A stretch of 64,000 nucleotides of DNA from the human T2T-CHM13v2.0 reference genome, Homo sapiens. Positions 12,127 through 24,520 of the stretch are shown here, one piece after another. The notes under the pieces were generated by a model. The model was not told where the DNA came from and did no database searches. It was given only the letters and a program-made list of their open reading frames with translations. The position numbers and the translations under genes were made by a program. Each line of letters starts with the position of its first letter. The stretch's first letter is position 1. The stretch is taken from assembly GCF_009914755.1 (NCBI RefSeq), contig NC_060927.1; one strand, 5' to 3'.

Positions 12127-14170
12127 ATGAGGTGTGGTCAGAGGCTCCCAACGAAAAGAACCAAAGTGGCAAGTGAATCCTGCACTGGCAACTGAGGCAC
12201 CCAGGTTCTCTCATTCGGACTGACTAGGTTGGTGTGATTCATGGAGAGTGAGGAAAAGCAGGGTGGTGTGATGGCCCACCTGGGAGCCACATGGGGCAAG
12301 GGGAGCTCCTACCCCCAGCCAAGGGAGGCGGTGAGTGATTGTGCTACCCTGCCTGGGAAACCACGCTTTTCCCACAGATCTGCGGAACCCACAGATCAGA
12401 TGTCCATTGTGAGCCCACGCCACCAGAGCCTTGGGTCTCCAGCACAGAGTTGTGCAGATTCTCAGTGGCTACTCGGCTGGAGACTGTCTAAGACTACCGA
12501 GTTCTTGGGATGGGGCAGGGGCGGGGGGTGGCCATCATCACTGTGGCTGCCTGTTGCCTAAGAAAACTGAGCTCCCTGGGGGAGGGGCGGCAGCCATCAC
12601 TGCAGCTACAGTCTGCCTTTTTTCTCCTACTGATGCCAGGGAGATTGGACAGTTTGGATCCAGGAGGAATTCCCTCATAGTGCAGCACAGCAGCTATGAC
12701 AGATCGTGGCCAGACTGCCTCCTTAGGCCAGACCCTGACCCATCCCTCCTCACTGGGTGGGGCCTCCCTGCAAAAATTTCAGCAACTCCAGCCCAGGGTT
12801 TAGGGACAGAACTCTGATCTCTCTGGGACTGAGCCCCTTGGAGGAGGGGCGGCCAAGGTCTCTATGGATCAGCAGACCTAGTCGTTCCCCCTGCTGACTC
12901 TGAGGAATTTGGGCAGCCCAGATGAGTGGGATTCCCCCAGTGCAGCACACACCCTCCTCCAAGGGATAGCCAGAGTGCTTCATTAAGTGGATCCTGGATC
13001 CTGTGCCTCCTAACTGGGTGAGATGAGACCCCTCAGCAGAGGTTGACAGACACCTTATACATGAGCATTCCCTCTGGCATCAGGTCAGTTCCCCTGGGGA
13101 CAGAGATCCCAGAGGAAGGAGCAAGCAGCCATCTTTGCTATTCAATAGCCTCCACAGGTGACACCTTCTGATGCAGGAGGGAACGAGGTGAATAGAGTCT
13201 GGAGTGGACAGCCAAAAAACCACAGCAGCCCTATGGAAGAGAGACCTGACTGTCAAAAAGAAAAACAAACAAATAGAAAGCAGCAATAACAATAGCATCA
13301 ACAAAAAGTCCCTATAAAAACCCCATCCAAAGGTCAGTAGCCTCGAAGATCTAAGCTAGACAAACCCAGAAAGATAAGAGTGAACGCAAAAATGCTGAAA
13401 ACTCAAAAAGCCAGCGTGCCTCTTCTTCAAATATTTGCAAGACCTCTCCAGCAAGTTCACAGAACTGAACAGAGGCTGAGATGCATGAACTGACACAAGC
13501 GGGCTTCAGAAGGTGGGTAATAAACTTTGCTGAGCTAAAGAAGCGTGTTGTACCCCAATGCAAAGTAGCTAAGAGCCATGATAAAACACTACAGGACCTG
13601 TTAACCAGAATAACGAGTTTAGAGAGGAACATAAATGACCTGATGGAACTGAGAAACACAACACGAGTACTTCACAAGGCAACCACAAATATCAATAATC
13701 AAATAGACTAAGCAGAGAAAAGAATTTTAGAGCTTGAAGATTGTCTTGCTGAAATAAGACAGGCAGACAAGATTAGAGAAAAAAAAAAGAATGAAAAGGA
13801 ATAAACAAAACCTCTGAGAACAATTGGATTATGTAAAAAAAGACCTTACCTGAAAGAGTCAGGGAGAACGGAACCAAGTTGGAAAACATACTTCAGGATG
13901 TCATTCAGTAGAACTTCCCAACCTAATAAGACAGGCCAACATTCAAATTCAGGAAATCTAGAGAACCTTACTAAGAAACTCCATGAGAAGATCAACCCAA
14001 AAACACAAAATCATCAGATTCTCCAACGTTGAAATGAAGGAAAAAATGTTAAGGGCAGCCAGAGAGAAAGGCCAGGTCACCTACAAAGAGAAGCCCATAA
14101 GACTAACAGAGGACCTGTCAGCAGAAACCCTACAAGCTAGAAGAGATTGGGGGCCAATATTCAACATGCT

Positions 14171-14472
<302 letters not shown>

Positions 14473-17400
14473 CAATGTTCTTAAAGAAAATAATTTTCAA
14501 ACCAGAATTCCATATCTGGCCAAACTAAGCTTCATAAGGAAAGGAGAACTAAAGTCCTTTTCAAACAAGCAAATGCTGAGGAAATTTGTCACCACCAGGC
14601 CTGCCTTTCAAGAGCTCCTGAAGGAAACATTAAATATGAAAAGGAAAAACCATTACCAGCCACTGCAAAAAAAAACACTGAAGTACAAAGACCAATGATA
14701 CTATGAAGGAACTACATAAACAAGTCTGCAAAATAACCAGGTAGCATCATGATGACAGCTGGCATCAGGATCAAATTCACACATAACAATATTAACCTTA
14801 AGTGTAAATGGGCTAAATGTCCTAATTGAAAGACACAGAATGGGAAGCTGGATAAAAAGTCAAGATCCATTGGTGTACTATATTCAAGACACCCATCTCA
14901 CATGCAAAGACACACATAGGCTCAAAATAAAGGGATGAGAAAAATTTACCAAGCAAATGGAAAGCAGAATAAAAGCAGGGGTTGCAGTCCTAGTTTCTGA
15001 CAAAACAGACTTTAAACTAACAAAGATCAAAAAAGACAAAGAAGTGTACAACATAACGGTAAGGGAATCAATTCAATGAGAAGAACTAACTATTCTAAAT
15101 ATATATGCACCCAATACTGGAGCATCAAGATTTATAAAATAAGTTTTTAGAGACCTGCAAAGCGACTTAGAGTACCACATAATAATAGTGGGAGACTTTA
15201 ACATCCCACTGTCAATATTAGACAGATCATTGAAACAGAAAAATAACACAAATATTCAGGACTTGAACTCACCTCTAGATCAAATGGACCTGACAGACAT
15301 CTACAGAACTCTCCACACTAAAACAACAGAATATACATTTTTCTTGGTGCCATATGGCACTTACCCTAAAATCAATAATGTAATCCGAATTAAAACACTA
15401 CTCAGCAAAAGAACTGAAATCGCAAGAGTCTCTCAGACCACAGTGCAATCAAATTAGAACTCAAGATTAAGAAACTCACTCAAAACCACACAACTACATG
15501 CAAATTGAACAACCTATTCCTGAATGACTCCTGGGTAAATAATGAAATTAAGGCAAAAATCAACAAGTTCTTTGAAACCAGTGAGAACAAAGAGACAACA
15601 ACATTCCAGAATCTCTAGGATGCAGTTAAAGTACTGTTAAGGGGGATATTTATAGCACTAAATGCCCTCATCAAAAAGCTAGAAAGATCTCAAATCAACA
15701 CCTTAACATCACAACTAAAAGAACTAGAGAACCAAGAGCAAACAAACCCAAAAGCTAGAAGAAGACAAGAAGTAACCAAGATCAGAGCAGAACTGAAGGA
15801 GATGGAGACATGAAAAACTGGTCAAAAAAAAAAAAAAAAAAAAATCAATGAATTCAGGAGCTGGGTTTTTTTTTTTTTTTTGAAAAAAATCAAATAAATG
15901 GCTAACTAAACTAGTAAAGAAAAAAAGAGAGAAGGATCAAATAGACACAATAAAAAATAATAAAGGGGATATCACCATTGACCCCAGAGAAACACAAACA
16001 ACCAACAAAGAATGCTATAAACACCTATGTGCAAATAAACTAGAAAATCTAGAAGAAATGGATAAATTCCTAGACACATATACTCTCACCCAAGGCTAAA
16101 CAGGAAGAAGTTGCATCCCTGAATAGACCACTAACAAGTTCTGAAATTGAGGAAGCAATAAATAGCCTATTAACAACAACAACAAAAAAAACCAGCAGCC
16201 CTGGAACAGAGGGATTTGTAGCTGAATACTACCAGAGGTACAAAGGGGAGCTGGTACCATTTTTCTTCTGAAACTATTTCAAACAATTAAAAGGAGGGAC
16301 TTCTCCTTAACCCATTCTATGAGTCCAGCATCATCCTGACACCAAAACCTGGCAAAGATACAACAAAAAAAGGAAACTTTGGGCCAGTATCCCTGATGAA
16401 CAATCCTCAATAAAATACCAGCAAACTGAATCCAGCGGCACATCAAAAAGCTTATCCACCATGAACAAGTGGGCTTCATCTCCGGGATGCAAGCCTGGTT
16501 CAAAATATGCAAATCGGTTAATGTAATTGATCACATAAACAGAACTAAAGACAAAAACCACATTATTATCTCAATAAACACAGAAAAGGCCTTCAATAAA
16601 ATTCAACATCCCTTCATGTTAAAAACTCTCAATAAACTAGGTATTGAAGAAACATACTACAAAATAATAATAGCCATTTATGACAAACCCACAGCCAATA
16701 ACATACTGAATAGACAAAAGCTGGAAGCAGTCCCCTTGAAAACTGGCATTCCCCTTGAAAACTAAAACTGGATGCCTTCTCTCAACACTCTTACTCAACA
16801 ACACAGTATTGGAAGCTCTGGCCAGGGCAGTCAGGCAAGAGAAAGAAATAAAGCATGTTCAAATAGGAAGAGAAGTCAAATTGTCTTTGCTGATGACATG
16901 ATTCTATATCTAGAAAACCCCATCGTCTCAGCCCCAAAGCTGCTTAAGCTGATACGGAACTTCAACAAAGTCTTAGGATACAAAATCAATGTGCAAAAGT
17001 CACAGCATTCCTATACACCAACAACAGACAAGCAGAGAGCCAAATCAAGCAGAGAGCAATTTACAGTTGCTAAAAATAGAATAAAATGCCTAGGAATACA
17101 GCTAACAAGGGAAGCAAAGAACCTCTTCAAGAACTATAAACCACCACTCAAGGAAATCAGAGAAGACACAGAAAAATGGAAAAACATTCCATTCTCATGG
17201 ATAAGAAGAATCAATATCATGAAAATGGCCCTATTGCCCAAAGTAATTTATAGATTCAATACTATATTAAATTATCATTGACATTCTTCACAGAATTAGA
17301 AGAAACTGTTTTAAAATTCATATGGAACCAGAAAAGAGCTTGTATAGCCAAGACAATCCTAAGCAAAAAGAACAAAACTGGAGGCATCATGCTACCTGAC

Positions 17401-18215
17401 TTCAAACTATACTAAAAAGCTACAGTAACTCAAACAGCATGGTACTGGTACAAAAACAAACACATAGACCAATGGAACAGAATAGAGACCTTAGAAATAA
17501 GACTGAACATCTACAACCATCTAATCTTTGACCAACCTGATAAAAACAAGCAATGGGGAAAGGATTCCCTATTTAACAAATGGTGCTGGGAATACTGGCT
17601 AGCCATATGCAGAAAAATGAAACTGGACCTCTTCCTTACACCTTATACAAAAATAACTAAAGGTGGATTAAAGACTTAAATGTAAAAGCCAAAACTATAA
17701 AAACCCAGAAGAAAATCTAGGCAATACCATTCAGGACATAGGCATGAGCTATCATGATGAAATTGCCAAAAGCAATTACAACAAAAGCAAAAATTGACAA
17801 ATTAATCTAATTAAACTAAAGAGCTTCTGCACAGAAAAATAAACTATCATCAGAGCAAACAGACAACATACAGAATGGGATAAATCTATTTATCTGACCA
17901 AGGTGTGATATCCAAAATGTACAAGGAAGTTACATAAATTTACAAGAAAACAAACAACCCATTAAAAAGTGGGCAAAGAACATGAATAGACACTTCTCAA
18001 AAGAAGACGTTTATGCGGCTAACAAACATGAAAAAAAACTCGACATCACTGATCATTAGAGAAATGTAAATCAAAACCACAATGAGATACCCTCTCATGC
18101 CAGTCAGAATGGCGATTACTAAAAATTCAAGAAACAACACATGCTGGCATAGCTGTAGAGAAATAGGAATGCTTTTACACTGTTGGTGGGAAGGTAAATT
18201 ATTTCAACCATTGTG

Positions 18216-18301
18216 GAAGACAGTGTGGAATCCTCAATGACCTAGAACCAGAAATACCGAAGACAGTGTGGAATCCTCAATGACCTAGAACCAGAAATAC
18301 C
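18216..18301 (+). repeat. Perfect 43-bp tandem duplication in L1 ORF2 3' region
   Basis: gaagacagtgtggaatcctcaatgacctagaaccagaaatacc x2 (18216-18258, 18259-18301). Confidence 0.95.
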
Positions 18302-18862
18302 GTTTGACCCAGCAATCCCATTACTGGGTATATACACAAAGGAATATAAATCATTCTATTATAAATATTTATGCACGTGTATGTTCATTTCAGCACTATT
18401 CAAAAGAGCAAATACATGGAATCAACCCAAATGCCCATCAATGATAGTCTGGATAAAGAAAATGTGGTACATATGCACCATGAAATACTATGCAGCCATA
18501 AAGTGGAATGAAATCATGTCCTTTGCAGGGACATGGATGGAGCTGGAAGCCATTATTCTCATCACACTAACACAGGAACAAAAACCAAACACCACATGTG
18601 CTCACTTATAAGTGGGAGCTGAACAATGAAAACACATGGACACACGGAGGGGAAGAACACACACTGGGGCTTGTTGGTGGTGTGGAGAGCATCAGGATAC
18701 ATAGCTAATTCACGCTGGGCTTAATACTTAGGTGATGTATTGATAGTTGCAGCAAACCATCATGGCACAAATTTACTTATGTAACCAACCTGCACATCCT
18801 GCAGGTGGAAATAAAATAAAATAAAATAATAAAATAAAATAAAATAAAATAACATAAAGTAA

Positions 18863-19845
18863 AAAAGAAACTATCAACAGAGTAAACAGACAACCTACAG
18901 AATGGGAGAAAATCTTTGCAAACTTTGCAAACCTGCATTCAACAAAGGTCTAATAGCCAGAATCTAAAAGCAACTTAAATAAATAAATAAGAAAAAATGA
19001 AACAAAACAAAAAACAAAAAAAAATGGGCAAAGGACATGAATACTTTCTAATAGGAGACATACACAGGGCCAAGAAGTAAATGAAAAAATGCTTACCATA
19101 ACTAATCATTAGAGAAAGGCAAATCAAAACCACATTGAGATACCACCTCATACCAGTCAGAATGGTTATTATAAAAAGTGAAAAAACAACAGATCCTGTT
19201 GAGGCTAGCAGAAAACAGAACACATACACTGTTGGTGGGAGTGTAAATTAGTTCAATCACTGTGGAAAGCAATTTGGAAATTTCTCAAAGAACTTAAAAT
19301 AGAGCTACCATTTGACCCAGCAATCCCATTATTGGGCATATACCCAAAGGAAAATACGTTATTCTACCATAAAGACACATGCACATGTATGTTCATTGTA
19401 GCAGTATTCACAAGAACAAAGAATCAACCTAAATGACCATCAATAATAGACTGGATAAAAAAAAATGTGGTATGTATACACCATGAAATACTATGCAGCT
19501 ATAAAAAAGAACAAGATCATGTTTCTTGCAGCAACATGGATACAGCTTGAGACTATTATCCTAAGTGAACTAACAAAGAGATAGAAAACCAAATACCAAA
19601 TGTTCTCACTCATAAGTAGGAGCTACACATTGAGAACACATGGACACAAAGAAGGGAACAACAGACACCAGGGCCTACTTGAAGATGGATGGTGGAAGGA
19701 GGGAGATGATAGTTCAAAAACCACCTATCGGTTACTATGCTTATTACCTGAGTGAAGAAATATTCTGTACAGAAAACCCCCATGACACACATTTTATCTA
19801 TATAACAAACTTGCACAGGCACCCCGAACCTAAAAGTTATAAAAA
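18863..19845 (+). mobile_element. L1PA15/16-like element, right part (ORF2 end + 3'UTR)
   Basis: Resumes exactly at aaagaaactatcaacagagtaaacagacaacc; 3'UTR aaaaaccacctatcggttactatgcttattacctg...cccgaacctaaaagtt; degenerate TSD aaaaagcatgaa (~10071-10082) / aaaaagtataaa (~19843-19854). Confidence 0.88.
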
Positions 19846-21460
19846 AAGTATAAATTTGGCAGACTAACATTACCAAATTTCAAAACTTATATTAAAGCTG
19901 TAGTAATCAAGAAAGCCATCAATGAAAACAAATAGATCAATAGAAAAGAATTGAGAATCAAGAAATAGAGCCACAAATATGTGGACAACTGATATTGGAC
20001 AAAGATGCAAAGACAAGTCAGTGGAAAAATGATAGTCTTTTTTTTTTTTAACAATGTTAGTACTATGATTGGATATCAATATGCAAAAGATAAAAAGATA
20101 TTTGATGTATGCCACAAATTGCATTTAAAAATTAATACTAAATTGATAATATACCTAAATATTAAACCAAAAATATAAAACTTCAAGAAGAAAATAAAAA
20201 ATGTTTGTGGCTATTGGTTAGACATAGGCTTCTTAAGATATTACACCAAAAGCACTATATATAAAGTAAAATCTTTACCAGTGGGACTTTCTCAACATTA
20301 AACTTCTGCTGTTTGTAAAACACTACTAAGAAAATAAAAAGGCAAGCCAAAAATGTAAAAATTATTTCATGTGTCATCAAGAATTTGTAATCAGATTATA
20401 TAAAGAACTCCTAAAATTCAATAATAGGAACACAAAGACCCAATAAAATATTTCAAAGGGAGCTGGGCATGGTGACATGTGCCTGTAGTCTTAGCTACTT
20501 GGGAGGCTGAACCAGAAGGATTGCTTGAGCCCGGGAGTTTGAGGCTACAGGAGTTAAACGATCACGCCCCTGGATCCAGCCAGGATGAGAGAGCAAGACC
20601 TTGTCACAAAAAAAAAAAAAAAAAAACCACAAAACAAACAAAGAAAAAAGATTCTTGAAAAATATTCAAAGGATTAAACAGATATTTCTCTAAAGAAAAT
20701 ATTCATATAAGAGATAACATAAAAAGATGCTCAACATAGTCTTGAGGAAAGTGTAAGTTAAAACTGCAATGACATTGTGCACACCTATTAGAAATGCTAA
20801 AATTTAAAAGACTGATCATAGAAAATTTTGGTGAGAAATGTAAAAGAACTGGGACTCTCAGTCTATGCTGGTGGACCTGTATGATGGTCTGACTACTTAG
20901 GAAAATAGTTTTTTAGTTTTCTAAAAAGTTAAATATACATCTACTATATGAGCCAGTAATCCTATTTTTAAGAATTAACCCAAGAGAAATAAAAGCATAT
21001 GTCTATAAAAAAGACTTGTGTAGGAACTCAGAACAGCTTTATTTGTAATAGCCAAAACCAATATCCATCAAAAGGTAACTGTATAAACAAACGGAGATGT
21101 ATCCATACAATGAAATATTATCCAGTAATAAAAAGTAATGAACTATTCATAACATGGATGAATTTCAAAATAGCTATGCTGATGGGAAAAAAAGCCACAC
21201 AAAAGACTATATATCATGTGACTCCATTCGTATTAAACTCTGAAAAATGTAAACCATTCTTTAGTGTCAGAAAGCCAATCAGTGGTTGCCTGGAGGATAA
21301 GGAAGAGAGGAACTTCAGGTAGGAAGAAGGTTCTAGAGGTAAAGACTGTGTTCACTCTGTTGATTGTGATGAGAGTTTCATACACGGAAATAAATTATAT
21401 ATTTAAAATATGTTCAGTTTATTGTATATAAATTGTATCTTAATAAACTTAATTAAAAAA
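19846..21460 (+). mobile_element. Old L1M, right part (ORF2 end + L1MD/ME-type 3'UTR)
   Basis: ggcagactaacattaccaaatttcaaaacttat... continues the ORF2 broken at 9773; ends cagaaagccaatcagtggttgcctgg...tttattgtatataaattgtatcttaataaa. Confidence 0.8.
20461..20657 (+). mobile_element. Free right Alu monomer (FRAM-like)
   Basis: Single right-arm monomer with A tail; TSD aaaatatttcaaagg (20445-20459) / aaaatattcaaagg (20659-20672). Confidence 0.85.
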
Positions 21461-22769
21461 AGATTTTGATTCATGGCCATAATATCAAGGAAAACCTGAG
21501 TCCTGTCTAAAAATCAGATGTACTATGTCATGGGCTAATCAGGCTTGGATGGGGTACCTGGCAGAGGTTTCACTACCCAAGATGATGAAGATGCTAAGAT
21601 CTGAAGCCCTTTTGTTATAATTACGTGGTCTAGCTTTTTTTGCTTTTCCTCACTTATTCGTAACTCATTATCTGGTAACCTAAATGTATAGTGACTGGCT
21701 GGATCCTGGTTATTGGCTCAAAGATACATGCCTACACTGATGACTAGAGCCTGATGGCTCTTGAGAATTGCAGCTAAACCCAGCAGCAGTGGCCTTGGTG
21801 GCTTCTGGTCAAACATGCACTGAGTTTAGCTCTGAGGATTCCTGGTTCCATGAGGGATTAAGATAAATATTGCCTGCTCATCAGAGGATGGCCCAGTGAG
21901 AGCCCATAGAGCCTGAATTCACATGCACAACACAAGTTGCCCTCCAACTAAATTTTGACCTGGCTTCTAAAGCAGCCACTAAAGCTACAGAAACAACTTT
22001 AATTCGACACACAACTACCAGAGCCAGAGACATACACTCTCACTTGAGCGCCGACATTTTTCCATCTCTGAGGGATGCCACCCCTTGAACTTTTTAGTGG
22101 CATGCAGATTTGAGGAAGTCTGATGAAGACACCAGTGTTCCAAAACTGATAATACAGTCAGTTGAAAAAGACACAGCAATCAGGCAGCTGCAGATCAAAA
22201 TATCAGATTTATTGAGTCTAGATAGGATGATGTGGAGTCTAATGGGGTGGCTTTAAGATTGAGCACTAGGAATGCTGTTAGGGTAAACTGAAAACTTTAT
22301 AAAAACCTAAAAACCTGAAAAACAAAACTTCAAAAAAGCCTTTTTGTTTTCATCTTAAAACCCTCTCAGCATAGTTATATGATTCAACCAGAAGAAATAA
22401 ATTTAACTTTCAACAGCTTTCAATCAAGTGTTTGTGGGAACACAAAACATGGAGTTCACAGCACATCACACTGGAAAACTTCTGTATTTCTTTCTCATCC
22501 ATTTCTTCCATCAGAGCTCTGTAATTTAAAGCAGCTGCTCTACTTTTCACTGACTCTCTGTGTCTCTCGCTCAATCTCACTCCCTCTTTCCCCTGCCTGC
22601 CTCCATTGTTGCCTGCCTCCCATTTCCTCAGAGACTTGTGTGCCCTTTCCTTATCGATTATGTGGTTCTAGTAGCTACCCTGCTCCTTCACTCCTTGGAG
22701 AATAGGAAGGGTGAAAATCTGTGAATGTTTAGTCTCTGATATTTTCTTTCATCCTTGTTTCTTCACAGC

Positions 22770-23062
22770 AATAATGTCCCTATATCAATGAACATCTCCC
22801 GGACACCTTCATAATCTGCAAATCTCCAATCCTTGACATGAACTTTTCCCATTGCTTGATTTGTTTTTCTCCTTAGTACTTAACATTGTCTAAGTTACAT
22901 GTATATTTTGATAATTTTATTTATCATCTGTTTCCCGCCCTCCACAGCCATAAATGTAAGCTTGAAGAGAGCAAGGATTTTTGTTTGGTTGTTTCATTTT
23001 TGGACTTCCAAAGCATTGAAATGAACTTAGCATATAGCTTGGTTCTCAGTAAATATTTGTGC
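22770..23062 (+). mobile_element. L2 3' end
   Basis: atgtaagcttgaagagagcaaggattttt...cttagcatatagcttggttctcagtaaatatttg. Confidence 0.6.
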
Positions 23063-24013
23063 AGTGAAGATGTAATTATTTCAAAGAGGCACACTGTTTG
23101 GTCATTTTGCCTTTCAGAGTGAGTTGCCACCATAGTATCCTTGTGCTCAGTTTTTGGCTGGGAGCCACCTGTGGGAAGAGTGTCTTTGGTACAAATGGCA
23201 TGATGGATTTCAGCACATAGCAGCTGAGAATTTGATCAAGACACTCCCCAGAGTCAGAGTCTGAAAGGAGCCTTCCCAATGCTGCCACACACAGCATTTT
23301 CCTTTGATACCTTGAATCCACACAATCTTGGGATCCCCGAGAAGGGTCAAACACTTTCCATGTCTGATCATTACCCTTGAAATAATGACTTCATTCTGGA
23401 AGAAGGTTAAAGTTCTTGAAATATTTTCCATCACATCAACTGATCCTAGATACCAGCTTGTGGAATTAGAAAAGAAGAGGAGACGCCCAAGTGAAATTTT
23501 ATAGGAACAAAATGCCCCCCACAGACCTTCTGGAAAACTTTCTGAAACAAGATGTAACACATCCTGTTCCTGGCAAAGAGCCTACCTTAGAGGCAGCCCA
23601 GAGAGAAGGAAAAAGCACACCCATTGTTCTGACACCTGGTCCCCTTCCTACTCTGCCTGGAGCACCTGGGAGCCCATCTCTGGGCTTGTTTCTTCAAGGT
23701 GAGAGCCTGAACTCAATAATCAATATTCACACTGGGCTCAGCCCAGCTCAACGATCCGTGCTACCAATGCTGTTGACCTTTAACTGAAACCATCATTTGG
23801 ATTTAATTGTAATTTGGCACTATCCAACTCCAGAGGGAGGAGAAGAGAATCTAATTTTTTCATTGTATGCACTTGGCAAAAATTGGATCAGAATGAGAGG
23901 TTGTTTCCTAGTGCTGCAACCAGGTCGGACGCTAAGTTAATATATAGAATGAGCATCTGCTCTGCACCAGACACTGTGCTTGCTGGTGATAAAATAGGAA
24001 TGGATAAGACATA

Positions 24014-24123
24014 TTTGGGTGATGGGTACACTAAAAACACAGACTTCACCACAACACAGTATATCCATGTAATCAAACTGTGCTTGTATCCCCTAAATAT
24101 ATAAAAATTAAAAAAAATTAAAA
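24014..24123 (+). mobile_element. Severely 5'-truncated L1 (L1PB/L1MA1-type 3' end, ~110 bp)
   Basis: gggtgatgggtacactaaaaacacagacttcaccac...atatccatgtaatcaaactgtgcttgtatcccctaaat plus A tail; perfect TSD ataagacata at 24004-24013 and 24124-24133. Confidence 0.88.
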
Positions 24124-24324
24124 ATAAGACATAGGCCATGCACTTGGGGCATTTACAATGTTACTGTATAGTGTCTTCTTCTGTTGCCATTTTGCTACTT
24201 GATCTCATTTCTTAAGGGACAACATTCTCCATGCTAGCCAAGGCCCTCACACTGGAAGACAAATATCTTCACTGCAGTATCCACCAACATCTTCCTTCCC
24301 CATATAGCAAAGCACAGAGGAAAA

Positions 24325-24520
24325 ACCATAGGCTCTGGAGTCAAGTCCTGATTTCCTAAAATGTGAACTTAGGCAAGTTACTGAACTTCTGCAGTCATCA
24401 GTGTCCTACTCTGAAACCTGAAAAAACAAGCCCTACTTTGCTGGATGTTTTGAAGATTAAAGACAATCTATACAAAGCTATAGTCTAAGCTCTTGGCACA
24501 TTTCAGGGGCTCTCACTATT
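24325..24520 (+). mobile_element. MIR relic
   Basis: ataggctctggagtca...tgtgaacttaggcaagttactgaacttctg...gaagattaaa. Confidence 0.6.

Noticed and set aside
12200-13300. GC-rich stretch (and 39400-40600) as a gene promoter or CpG island
   Set aside because: These are L1 5'UTRs and are CpG-depleted.
18216-18301. Direct repeats as a CRISPR-like array
   Set aside because: Two abutting copies with no spacer, inside L1 in a primate genome.
23076-23787. Cluster of 70-116 aa ORFs in unique sequence
   Set aside because: No recognisable domain, overlapping on both strands, and no convincing exon structure; consistent with chance.
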